Part shown: positions 17,414 through 26,402 of the stretch, in pieces
Numbering within the stretch: position 1 is the stretch's first letter
Layout of the letters: every line of letters begins with the position of its first letter
Source: Candidatus Nanopelagicales bacterium
Lineage (GTDB): Bacteria > Actinomycetota > Actinomycetes > S36-B12 > UBA5976
Assembly: GCA_040377565.1 (NCBI GenBank)
Contig: JBEION010000001.1
Span: 1 to 26,926 of the forward strand
Direction of reading: 5' to 3'
Length of the DNA: 26,926 bases
The notes under the pieces: generated by a model
Databases searched by the model: none
What the model was told of the DNA's origin: nothing
What the model saw: only the letters and a program-made list of their open reading frames with translations
Made by a program: the position numbers and the translations under genes

Positions 17414-17980
17414 TTACTTCACCTTCGTTACGCGAGCGTGTGGTCGACCGCCAACTGAATAGACAATTGCAATAACCATTTCGTTAGCACGTGGAGCATC
17501 GCCGATTGTGATCTCGGCCGAATCCATATCATCGAATTCCCAACGGTCATCTTTGTTACCAATTGGCATTGTGATTGAGGCGCCAGGTCCAGCGACTTTC
17601 TTAGTTCCAGGAATGATGTCTGCGCCGCCACCAATTGCTGCGCGTACTGATGCGCCAAAGCGCGGATGCAAAACCGCAGCCGTGTGTTCAAGTTCGCCGT
17701 CAGTTCCCACGATGGCACCCTTGCCATAGCCGCGGATGTCTGCTGCGCTTAGGCCTAAAGCTTCAAGCGCCTTAACGGCCCGATCGGCCAGAATTGCAGT
17801 GACTTCGATGCTCATCATTTCGAGCTCGGTTAAATCCTGAACCAAAGCCTTGCCAGCCAGGGGATTAGTTACCACTGCAGCGGCGATTACCTTGACAGTC
17901 GCGGGGGACACTGAAGTGCCACTTTCCCGCAGGGTTTCTTGAGTAGATACAACAATTGAGCGGATTTCAGTCATGGACAT
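17414..17980 (-). CDS. 'Amino acid synthesis' family protein (PF06684 / DUF1185-like), function unknown
   Basis: AAAVVTNPLAG, YGKGAIVGTDGELEHTAAVLH, IPGTKK, DAPRANEMV, GGRPHAR. Confidence 0.82.
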   Translation of the reverse strand: MSMTEIRSIVVSTQETLRESGTSVSPATVKVIAAAVVTNPLAGKALVQDLTELEMMSIEVTAILADRAVKALEALGLSAADIRGYGKGAIVGTDGELEHTAAVLHPRFGASVRAAIGGGADIIPGTKKVAGPGASITMPIGNKDDRWEFDDMDSAEITIGDAPRANEMVIAIVYSVGGRPHARVTKVK

Positions 17981-18045
17981 AACCTACCTCGCTAACCCCG
18001 TACTCCACCCACTAGATTTGGGTATTACCGCAACAAGGAGAAATC

Positions 18046-19539
18046 ATGACTAACCACATCACGCACTGGATAGACGGCAAGCTTTGGACAGGTAAAGCAG
18101 CCCGCACCGGTGAGGTTTACAACCCTGCAACTGGCAAATTGTCCGGAACGGTTGACTTCGCTTCAACTGCAGACATGGACGAAGCCGTTGCCGTTGCTAA
18201 GCGCGCTGGCGCTGAGTGGGCCGCTACTTCTCTTTCCAAGCGCGTGACCACCATGTTTGCCTTCCGTGAAATCTTGAACGCTCGCAAGGAAGAACTTGCT
18301 GCAATCATTACTGCCGAGCATGGCAAGGTGTTGTCTGATGCTCTTGGTGAAGTTATGCGTGGCCAAGAAGTTGTTGAGTTTGCTTGTGGCATCCCACACC
18401 TTCTAAAGGGCGGTTACTCCGAAAGCGTTTCAACGGGCGTAGATGTTTACAGCATCCGTCAGCCATTAGGTGTTGTTGGAATTATTTCTCCGTTCAACTT
18501 TCCAGCTATGGTTCCAATGTGGTTCTTCCCAATCGCAATTGCTGCCGGTAACTCTGTAATTGTTAAGCCATCTGAAAAAGATCCAAGCGCACAGAACTTC
18601 ATCGCACAAATGTGGAAAGACGCTGGTCTTCCAGACGGTGTATTCAACGTTGTACATGGTGACAAGGAAGCAGTCGATCGCATTCTTACTCACCCAGACA
18701 TCAAGGCTGTTAGCTTCGTTGGCTCAACTCCGATTGCGAAGTACATCTACGAAACCGGAACTGCACACGGCAAGCGCATCCAGGCTCTTGGTGGCGCGAA
18801 GAACCACATGGTCGTGCTTCCAGATGCAGACCTAGACCTTGCTGCTGACTCAGCAGTTAACGCAGGCTTTGGTTCCGCTGGCGAGCGCTGCATGGCGATC
18901 TCAGCACTTGTTGCTGTTGGTCCAATTGCAGATGACTTGATCTCAAAGATCGAAGATCGCATGGGCAAGATCGTTACTGGTGACGGAACTCGTGGCACTG
19001 ACATGGGACCACTTGTAACCGGCGTACATCGCGACAAGGTCAAGGGTTACATCGACACTGGTGTTGCTGAAGGCGCGACAGTTGTTGTTGATGGCCGCGA
19101 CGTTGTTCCGGATAGCGATGGTGAGGGTTACTTCATCGGACCAACACTGTTTGACAACGTAACCAAGGACATGACGATCTACAAGGAAGAAATCTTCGGA
19201 CCAGTTCTTTCCGTAGTTCGCGCTGATACTTACGAAGAAGCGCTGAAGTTGATCAACGATCACCCATACGGTAACGGAACTGCAATCTTCACTAACGATG
19301 GTGGCGCTGCTCGCCGCTTCCAGAATGAAGTTGAAGTTGGCATGATCGGCATCAACGTGCCAATCCCAGTGCCAATGGCTTACTTCTCATTCGGTGGCTG
19401 GAAAGCATCACTATTCGGCGATACCCACGCACACGGAACTGAAGGCGTTCACTTCTTTACTCGTGGCAAGGTTGTAACCAGTCGTTGGTTAGATCCAAGC
19501 CATGGTGGATTGAACCTTGGCTTCCCAACAAACGGGTAG
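18046..19539 (+). CDS. mmsA: CoA-acylating (methyl)malonate-semialdehyde dehydrogenase
   Basis: ISPFNFPAMVPMW, KPSEKDP, SFVGSTPIA, GGAKNH, SAGERCMA, EEIFGPVL, GINVPIPVP, FGDTHAHG. SD AAGGAG. Confidence 0.93.
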   Translation: MTNHITHWIDGKLWTGKAARTGEVYNPATGKLSGTVDFASTADMDEAVAVAKRAGAEWAATSLSKRVTTMFAFREILNARKEELAAIITAEHGKVLSDALGEVMRGQEVVEFACGIPHLLKGGYSESVSTGVDVYSIRQPLGVVGIISPFNFPAMVPMWFFPIAIAAGNSVIVKPSEKDPSAQNFIAQMWKDAGLPDGVFNVVHGDKEAVDRILTHPDIKAVSFVGSTPIAKYIYETGTAHGKRIQALGGAKNHMVVLPDADLDLAADSAVNAGFGSAGERCMAISALVAVGPIADDLISKIEDRMGKIVTGDGTRGTDMGPLVTGVHRDKVKGYIDTGVAEGATVVVDGRDVVPDSDGEGYFIGPTLFDNVTKDMTIYKEEIFGPVLSVVRADTYEEALKLINDHPYGNGTAIFTNDGGAARRFQNEVEVGMIGINVPIPVPMAYFSFGGWKASLFGDTHAHGTEGVHFFTRGKVVTSRWLDPSHGGLNLGFPTNG

Positions 19540-20434
19540 GCATCGCAAGCGATCTGACGGTCGCACACTTGGAATCTTTGCTGTTGCCCTAGGAACGATT
19601 ATCTGGGGCACAGTGGGTCCAGTTGTAAAGCTTTTCCCAGAAGGTACTGAATTCCAGTATTCCTTGGTTCGTAATCTCAGCGGAACAACTGCGCTCTGGT
19701 TATTCGTTTTGTTATCCAAAAACAAGAAGCGCTATACCAAGGAAGACATAGTTCCAATTTTGGTTGCTGGCACCGGCGCTGCATTGTTTTTCCCACTTTT
19801 CATCTTGGCATTTCAGTTAACCGGCGTTGGCGTAGCAGCCGTTGTATCAATTGGTGTCGCTCCGATCTTTGTTGGCTTGATTGCTTGGATTGCATTGAAG
19901 CAACCACCAGGAAAGCAGTGGGCCATCGGCACACTTATCGCGGTTACTGGCGTGGTTGCACTTAATTGGCCGAGCGGAGATAACACTGTAAGCATTCTCG
20001 GCGTGGCTTTTGCAATGGCTGCCGCATTCGGTTATTCAATGCAAGCAACTGGAATGGGCATGATTTCCAAGCGTCACACCCCGTTTCAATGTGTTGCTCC
20101 AATGTTCACAATCGGAACAATTTTTCAGGCGCCACTTAGCTACGGCAAAGACTTTAGTTTTTTGCAAGACCCCATCTTGCTAATGGGAGCACTTTACGGT
20201 GGCATAGTTACAGTTGCACTCGCTTACGCAGTCTTTATTTATGGCATTGCCCGAATTGGTGCGGCGACTGCAGTCACCGTTGGATTGATGGAGCCACTGA
20301 CTGCATCGATCTTGGGGGTAGTCCTGTTGGGAGAGACCGTATCTGCCATTGGCATAGTGGGATCGGTTTTAATTCTCGCCGGATTAGTTGTGGTAAGTAG
20401 ACCGCCGAAAGAGCCTGCCCAACTAGTTGCTTAA
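19517..20434 (+). CDS. EamA/DMT family transporter
   Basis: About 10 hydrophobic segments in two repeats; IIWGTVG, VSIGVAPIF, ARIGAATA..VGLMEPLTASILG..LLGE. TTG 19517 follows GGTGGA, but the start is uncertain. Confidence 0.85.
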   Translation: MASQQTGRHRKRSDGRTLGIFAVALGTIIWGTVGPVVKLFPEGTEFQYSLVRNLSGTTALWLFVLLSKNKKRYTKEDIVPILVAGTGAALFFPLFILAFQLTGVGVAAVVSIGVAPIFVGLIAWIALKQPPGKQWAIGTLIAVTGVVALNWPSGDNTVSILGVAFAMAAAFGYSMQATGMGMISKRHTPFQCVAPMFTIGTIFQAPLSYGKDFSFLQDPILLMGALYGGIVTVALAYAVFIYGIARIGAATAVTVGLMEPLTASILGVVLLGETVSAIGIVGSVLILAGLVVVSRPPKEPAQLVA

Positions 20435-20437
20435 GAC

Positions 20438-20965
20438 TTATTTCTCTTCGGCTGAGTCATCTTGCTTATCGACGAATGAAGCGATTAAGAAAAGCACGCC
20501 AGCTGCAAGAACTGGGATTGTTATCACTAGCTCAGAATTTTCGCCTGATTCGGTATTTGATGTGGCCAATGCATTTAGCACAGACAAGCCGATAAGAATT
20601 AGTGCAACGAATCGAGTGCGGCGCTTGTAGCCATAAATTGCTAACGGCGCAGTCAGCGCAAACATCGCTGTAGTAATGATCGGTCCGTTTGAATTCAAAA
20701 TCGTGTTCCACCAACTTGGTGCCAGCGATTGCCAAAGCAATAAGCCCAGGACTGACATCGACCAAATCATCAGTAATGGGAATGCAATCATTGGGCGACG
20801 CCAGGCGAGCCAGCAACCAATCACCATCGGGAACAACCAGGCTGAGGTAAAGGCAAGTCCAAACAAACCAGAGTGGTCTGCCAAAGTTTGATTAATGGTT
20901 ACTAAGCCGCCAACAACAGCGAAGGCAAGAACTAGATACAGCGCGAGCTTGCGAACATTCTCCAT
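20438..20965 (-). CDS. Hypothetical integral membrane protein (~6 TM)
   Basis: 175-aa ORF with six hydrophobic stretches, starting 4 nt after the hutH stop with AAGG upstream. No recognised family. Confidence 0.65.
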   Translation of the reverse strand: MENVRKLALYLVLAFAVVGGLVTINQTLADHSGLFGLAFTSAWLFPMVIGCWLAWRRPMIAFPLLMIWSMSVLGLLLWQSLAPSWWNTILNSNGPIITTAMFALTAPLAIYGYKRRTRFVALILIGLSVLNALATSNTESGENSELVITIPVLAAGVLFLIASFVDKQDDSAEEK

Positions 20966-20969
20966 AGTT

Positions 20970-22493
20970 TTACCTTACGAGTTTTGCCAGTGTCCCATTC
21001 GCAACGACATCAACCGCCGCCTGCATGTCAGGGGCTAGGAAGCGATCTGGTCCGGGTCCTGGACTGGTTTTTCGCAATTCTGCTACGGCAGCCCCAGTTA
21101 TTGGTGATGGATGCAGGGGTGACCGTAGGTCAATTGCCCGTGCAGCTGTCATTAATTCAATGCCAACAATCTTTGTCAGATTATCGATGGCTTGGCGAAG
21201 TTTGCGAGCTGAACTCCAACCCATAGATACGTGATCTTCCTGCATGGCAGAACTTGGAATCGAATCCACGCTGGCAGGGGAGGCAAGGCGCTTATTTTCG
21301 GAAACTAATGCAGCTTGGGTGTATTGCGCGATCATCAAGCCAGAATCAACACCTGGATCATCAGCTAAGAACGGTGGCAGGCCGTGGGAACGAGATTTAT
21401 CGAGCATGCGATCTGTGCGACGTTCACAAATTGAACCCAAATCAGCAGCAGCAATTGCCAAAAAATCCAAAACATAGGCAACCGGTGCGCCGTGGAAGTT
21501 TCCATTAGAGGAAACTCGACCATCGGCTAGGACCACTGGATTATCGACTGCTGCCGCAAGTTCGCGCGTTGCGACCAAAGTTGCATGCGCGATGGTGTCA
21601 CGAACTGCGCCTGTTACTTGTGGGGCGCAGCGAAGTGAATAAGCATCTTGCACGACTGATGTGTCATCTATATGTGATGCCACAATTGGGCTGCCCTTTA
21701 GAACATTCAGCATGTTTGCAGCACTTAGTGCCTGACCTGGATGTGGGCGAAGTGGTTCATGCAATTCGGGCAAGAATACTTTGTCAGTTCCGAGTAGTGC
21801 CTCGACACTCATGGCAGCAGTTACATCAACTGAGTCACAAAGCATTGTTAGGTCAGAGATGGCCATGATCAACATGCCGAGCATGCCGTCGGTCCCATTT
21901 ATTAGCGCTAGACCTTCTTTTTCCCGAAGTTCAACAGGTGTAATACCTGCAGCCTTAAGCGCATCAGATGCTGGTGTGATTCGACCCTTGCTATCTACAA
22001 CTTCACCTTCACCCATAAGCACGAGAGCGCAGTGAGCTAGTGGCGCTAAGTCGCCACTGCAACCAAGGGAACCAAATTCATAAACCGCTGGTGTGATATC
22101 TGCATTCAAGATCGCAGCCATAGTTTCAACAACTACTGGGCGAACACCTGTGTGGCCTGAGCAAAGAGTCTTCAGGCGCAGAGTCATCAAAGCGCGAGTA
22201 ACTTCACGTTCAACTAAGTTGCCAAGGCCAGCTGCGTGTGAGCGAATAAGTGACTTCTGAAGTTGCACTCGGTATTCGGGGGACACATGACGATTAGCCA
22301 GGGCGCCAAATCCAGTTGAGATTCCATAAACCGGCTCAGCGGAAGCCGCTAACGCATCAACCCGGCTTCGAGTATGTGCAACAGCTTCAATAGTTGCCGG
22401 AGCAATCACGACCTTTGCATCATGGCGAGCAACAGCAAGCACATCTTCGAATGTCATTCCAGTGGTATTGATAACCACTTCAGTGCGACTCAT
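20970..22493 (-). CDS. hutH: Histidine ammonia-lyase
   Basis: VYGISTGFGAL, LQKSLIRSHAAG, GSLGCSGDLAPL (MIO loop), KEGLALINGT, QDAYSLRCAPQV, SNGNFHG, QEDHVSMG. ATG 22493 overlaps the hutI stop (ATGA). Confidence 0.96.
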   Translation of the reverse strand: MSRTEVVINTTGMTFEDVLAVARHDAKVVIAPATIEAVAHTRSRVDALAASAEPVYGISTGFGALANRHVSPEYRVQLQKSLIRSHAAGLGNLVEREVTRALMTLRLKTLCSGHTGVRPVVVETMAAILNADITPAVYEFGSLGCSGDLAPLAHCALVLMGEGEVVDSKGRITPASDALKAAGITPVELREKEGLALINGTDGMLGMLIMAISDLTMLCDSVDVTAAMSVEALLGTDKVFLPELHEPLRPHPGQALSAANMLNVLKGSPIVASHIDDTSVVQDAYSLRCAPQVTGAVRDTIAHATLVATRELAAAVDNPVVLADGRVSSNGNFHGAPVAYVLDFLAIAAADLGSICERRTDRMLDKSRSHGLPPFLADDPGVDSGLMIAQYTQAALVSENKRLASPASVDSIPSSAMQEDHVSMGWSSARKLRQAIDNLTKIVGIELMTAARAIDLRSPLHPSPITGAAVAELRKTSPGPGPDRFLAPDMQAAVDVVANGTLAKLVR

Positions 22494-23683
22494 GCGATAT
22501 CTCCTTTTGTGAAAATGACATTTCCATCTTTCCAAGTAGTGCTGATCAGCGGTACGCCTGGGCGGTAGGCCAAGTGAATGTAGCTTGGCGCATTAAGTAG
22601 CGCAAAGTTTGCTCGAGCTCCAACAGATAAATGGCCAACGTCGTCGCGTCGCAGTGCAGTTGCGCCACCCATAGTTGCGGCAAATAGTGATTCATCCACT
22701 GTCATGTGCATCTCGCGCACAGCCAGGGCAATACAGAACGGCATGTTTGTTGTAAATGAACTGCCGGGATTGCAATCAGGGGAGAGCGCCACCGCAGCTC
22801 CAGCATCTAGCAAGTCGCGACCACGCGGGTAGTGCGGAGCGCGGGTGCTGAAATCTGCACCAGGAACTAACCCAGCTACTGTGCTACTTGCCGCAAGGGC
22901 GCTGATGTCATCGTCAGCTAAGTAGGTCAAGTGATCTGCTGAGGCGCAATCTAATTCGATTGCCATAGCGATACCGTCGCCTTGTTCCAACTGGTTCAAA
23001 TGAATCCGAGGCTGCAAACCTTTGCCGATTCCAGCTTCTAGGATTCGACGTGATTGCTCGGTGGTAAATGCACCGCGATCACAAAAGACATCGATCCACT
23101 TTGAATGTGGCGCGCAAGCTTCAAGCATTTCTCCAACGACAAGATCAACGTAAGCATCAGGATTGCCTGCGAATTCAGGTGCAACTACGTGGGCGCCAAG
23201 GTAGGTGACTTCATCAGTTAGTTCTGCAGCAATTCGCAAACTTCGTTCTTCAGTTGCAACATCGAGCCCGTAACCTGACTTGATTTCAATTGTGGTTGTT
23301 CCAGATTCATGCATTTCTTTGATCATGCTTTGGGCAACCGTGCGAAGTTCGGCATCGCTTGCTTTGCGCGTTGCCTCAGTAGTTACCTTTATGCCACCTG
23401 CAGAGTAAGGAACGCCAGCCATTCGTGCTGCGAACTCTTCTGATCTATCTCCAGCAAACATGATGTGGGAATGGCTATCAACAAATCCTGGAATCAGACT
23501 TCGTCCACCAACATCAGTTTTGGGAACGCTTGAATCTGCCTGGCTGGATTGACCAATCCAGCTCACGATTCCATCCGTAACGGTTATCGCTGCATCGTTG
23601 ATAACACCAAGTTGACCATCACCAAGGGCTGAATTGTTGGTAACAAGTTGACTGATATTTGTGAGCGTGAACGATTTACTCAT
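22490..23683 (-). CDS. hutI: Imidazolonepropionase
   Basis: PGFVDSHSH..FAGDR..EF, TTIEIKSGYGL, DVFCDRGAF, SADHL, DCNPGSS. Confidence 0.95.
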   Translation of the reverse strand: MSKSFTLTNISQLVTNNSALGDGQLGVINDAAITVTDGIVSWIGQSSQADSSVPKTDVGGRSLIPGFVDSHSHIMFAGDRSEEFAARMAGVPYSAGGIKVTTEATRKASDAELRTVAQSMIKEMHESGTTTIEIKSGYGLDVATEERSLRIAAELTDEVTYLGAHVVAPEFAGNPDAYVDLVVGEMLEACAPHSKWIDVFCDRGAFTTEQSRRILEAGIGKGLQPRIHLNQLEQGDGIAMAIELDCASADHLTYLADDDISALAASSTVAGLVPGADFSTRAPHYPRGRDLLDAGAAVALSPDCNPGSSFTTNMPFCIALAVREMHMTVDESLFAATMGGATALRRDDVGHLSVGARANFALLNAPSYIHLAYRPGVPLISTTWKDGNVIFTKGDIA

Positions 23684-23685
23684 GG

Positions 23686-25380
23686 TTAAAGTAAGTCACC
23701 ATTTGCACTCTTGGCTTCATGGGAATGCGGTTGCATTGGAATGTGAACGTTTCTTTCAGCAGCAACTTCAATCGCCTTGTCGTAACCTGCATCCACGTGA
23801 CGAATCACTCCCATACCTGGATCGTTAGTTAAGACTCGAGCAAGTTTCTGAGCAGCAAGTGGCGTGCCATCTGCTACCGATACTTGGCCGGCGTGAATAG
23901 AGCGACCAATACCAACGCCACCACCATGATGGATTGAAACCCAAGATGCACCGGAAGAGATGTTGATCATGGCGTTCAGCAACGGCCAGTCAGCAATTGC
24001 ATCCGATCCATCCAACATGGCTTCAGATTCGCGATACGGAGAAGCTACTGAACCACAATCCAAGTGGTCACGACCGATGACAATTGGCGCACTAACTTCG
24101 CCACTAGCAACAAGTTCATTGAATGCAAGGCCAGCCTTGTCGCGCTCGCCATAACCAAGCCAGCAGATTCGTGCCGGTAGACCTTGGAAGGCTACGCGGT
24201 CTTGGGCCATGGTGATCCAGCGACGCAAGTGATCGTTGTCTGGAAACAGATCAAGTACTGCCTTGTCGGTGCGAGCAATATCTTTTGGGTCGCCAGAAAG
24301 TGCAGCCCAACGAAACGGTCCTTTACCTTCGCAGAACAGTGGGCGGATGTAAGCCGGAATGAAACCAGGGAATTCAAATGCCCGGTCATAGCCACCTTTG
24401 CGAGCTTCATCGCGAATGCTGTTGCCGTAGTCAAATACTTCAGCGCCCTTATCCATGAAACCCACCATGGCTTCAACGTGCCTAGCCATTGACTCTTGCG
24501 CGAGCTTTGTGAATTCATCTGGCTTGTTATCCGCATACTCACGAGCATCGGCAAAGTCCATGCCAGCTGGAATGTAGTAAAGCGGATCATGTGCTGAAGT
24601 CTGATCTGTGACGATGTCTGCATCAACATCCATGGCAAGCAGTTTTGGGAGAACTTCTGCGGCATTGCCAACTAATCCAACGGAAAGTGGGCGACGTGCC
24701 GCTTTAGCATCAAGACAGCGACGTACAGCATCTTCAAGGTCGTCAGCGATCTCATCGAGGTAGCGAGTTTCAACGCGTCGCTTCAGTCTTGTTGGATCAA
24801 TGTCAATCATTAAGCAGACGCCATCGTTCATAGTTACGGCCAAAGGCTGCGCGCCACCCATGCCACCACAGCCACCAGTGATTGTTAACGTGCCAGCCAA
24901 AGTGCCGCCAAATTTCTTGGCAGCAACTGCCGCGAAAGTCTCGTAAGTGCCTTGCAAGATTCCTTGCGTGCCGATGTAGATCCAAGAGCCGGCAGTCATC
25001 TGGCCATACATGGTCAGTCCCATGTGCTCTAACCGGCGAAACTCTGGCCAAGTTGCCCAGTCACCTACAAGGTTTGAATTAGCAAGAATTACGCGCGGCG
25101 CCCATTCGTGAGTCTGGAAGACACCAACTGGCTTTCCTGACTGCACCAACATGGTTTCGTCGTTCTCTAAGTTTGTGAGGGTGCGCACGATGGCATCAAA
25201 GGATTCCCAGTTACGCGCAGCTTTACCAGTGCCGCCATAGACCACTAATTCATCTGGGTATTCAGCCACTTCTGGATCAAGATTGTTCTGCAGCATTCGC
25301 AATGCTGCTTCCTGCTGCCACCCTTTGGTCGTCAAAGTAGTGCCTCGAGCGGCTCTAACTGGGCGCGGTCCTGAAGTCAT
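23686..25380 (-). CDS. hutU: Urocanate hydratase
   Basis: [84 protein letters not shown]. Confidence 0.98.
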   Translation of the reverse strand: MTSGPRPVRAARGTTLTTKGWQQEAALRMLQNNLDPEVAEYPDELVVYGGTGKAARNWESFDAIVRTLTNLENDETMLVQSGKPVGVFQTHEWAPRVILANSNLVGDWATWPEFRRLEHMGLTMYGQMTAGSWIYIGTQGILQGTYETFAAVAAKKFGGTLAGTLTITGGCGGMGGAQPLAVTMNDGVCLMIDIDPTRLKRRVETRYLDEIADDLEDAVRRCLDAKAARRPLSVGLVGNAAEVLPKLLAMDVDADIVTDQTSAHDPLYYIPAGMDFADAREYADNKPDEFTKLAQESMARHVEAMVGFMDKGAEVFDYGNSIRDEARKGGYDRAFEFPGFIPAYIRPLFCEGKGPFRWAALSGDPKDIARTDKAVLDLFPDNDHLRRWITMAQDRVAFQGLPARICWLGYGERDKAGLAFNELVASGEVSAPIVIGRDHLDCGSVASPYRESEAMLDGSDAIADWPLLNAMINISSGASWVSIHHGGGVGIGRSIHAGQVSVADGTPLAAQKLARVLTNDPGMGVIRHVDAGYDKAIEVAAERNVHIPMQPHSHEAKSANGDLL

Positions 25381-25397
25381 GTGATTCCTTTGGCTAT

Positions 25398-25441
25398 TTA
25401 GTACTAATCGAGGTTACTCCAGGCGGTAGGCCAGATCTCAA
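25398..25441 (-). promoter_or_regulatory. Putative hutU promoter with palindromic operator candidate
   Basis: On the minus strand: TTGAGA (25441-36), 19 nt, TAACCT (25416-11). A perfect 10-bp palindrome TTAGTACTAA at 25398-25407 covers the expected start site. Confidence 0.35.
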
Positions 25442-25482
25442 GGTTCCCAAAAGGCTATGGTTAAGGCGTTGAAAGGGTAAAT

Positions 25483-26385
25483 ATGACAAACCTTCCCGTT
25501 GATGAGTTTTGGCCTCGCGCAGGACATTGGCTCGAAGCTGGCTCCACTGCCGAGAAAACCAACATCACTGTTATTGGAGTAGGTGCGCACTTAACTTCAC
25601 TTACGCCAACTGGCGCAGACAAAACTCCTGATGCAATCCGTGAGGCTATGTATAGGTACTCAACTTATTCGTGGGCACATGATTTAGACATTGCTTCAGT
25701 TTCAGTTCGCGACGCCGGCAACATTCCTGATCCAGATTGGGAAGAAGGTGAAGCGCGAGTTTTTGCAAAGATGGATGAACTTCGCGGTAAGCAAGATCTT
25801 CTAGTTGCTCTTGGTGGTGACAATGCAATTACCTATTCAGTCGGGAAAGGTTTGTGGGCTGACGAAATCGGCAAAGCTGGACTGATCACAATTGATGCGC
25901 ATCACGATATTCGCGAAGGCATCAGCAATGGTTCACCAGTTCGCCGCTTGATTGCTGCCGGCCTACAAGGCACTCACATCGTTCAAATTGGAATTAGCGA
26001 TTACGCGAATTCGCCCGAGTATGCCCGTCGCGTCAAGGAATACGGCATAACGGTAATCACCCGAGCCGAAATGCGTAGCCGTTCACTGGAAGACATCATG
26101 GCCCAAGCAATCAGCATTGCTGGAGCCAGTGGGGGACAGATTCACTACGACCTAGATGTAGATGTTTGCGATCGGGCCGTTACACCTGCCTGCCCAGCTG
26201 CCACTCCTGGCGGTTTATCGGCTGATGACGTAAGAGAACTGACATTCTTGGCGACATCTCACGCGAGTGTGACTAGCATGGACATTACTGAAATTGATGC
26301 CACGATTGATTCAGCGGATGAACGAACGATTCGTCTTGGCGCATTATGTGTTTTGGAAGCTGCAGCTGGCGTTGCCAGTCGCTAA
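25483..26385 (+). CDS. hutG: Arginase/ureohydrolase family, probable formimidoylglutamase
   Basis: GGDNAITY (His-to-Asn typical of HutG), IDAHHDIR, SNGSP, QIGI, DLDVDVCD, PAATPGG. Divergent from hutU. Confidence 0.8.
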   Translation: MTNLPVDEFWPRAGHWLEAGSTAEKTNITVIGVGAHLTSLTPTGADKTPDAIREAMYRYSTYSWAHDLDIASVSVRDAGNIPDPDWEEGEARVFAKMDELRGKQDLLVALGGDNAITYSVGKGLWADEIGKAGLITIDAHHDIREGISNGSPVRRLIAAGLQGTHIVQIGISDYANSPEYARRVKEYGITVITRAEMRSRSLEDIMAQAISIAGASGGQIHYDLDVDVCDRAVTPACPAATPGGLSADDVRELTFLATSHASVTSMDITEIDATIDSADERTIRLGALCVLEAAAGVASR

Positions 26386-26402
26386 TTAGGTAAAGGAACG
26401 AA

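Noticed and set aside
17989-18010. TCGCTAACCCCGTACTCCACCC resembles the tRNA-Ala 3' end (possible degenerate attR bounding a 4-kb island)
   Set aside because: Only 13 of 22 ungapped matches with a 7-nt exact core (CTCCACC), it doubles as RBS/promoter sequence, and there is no integrase. Compatible with chance.
22494-22535. ORF-track N-terminal extension of hutH (and similar extensions for ndk 68, radical SAM 495, nadD 11317, oxidase 11402, phosphatase 13118)
   Set aside because: They overlap neighbouring genes and lack homologous sequence. Downstream starts fit SD or leaderless signals and stop-start coupling better.
24192-24671. 159-aa alternative-frame ORF within hutU (also 2749-3210 and 3582-4040 antisense ORFs)
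   Set aside because: Entirely nested in well-supported genes with no recognisable motifs; such lengths are expected by chance at this GC content.
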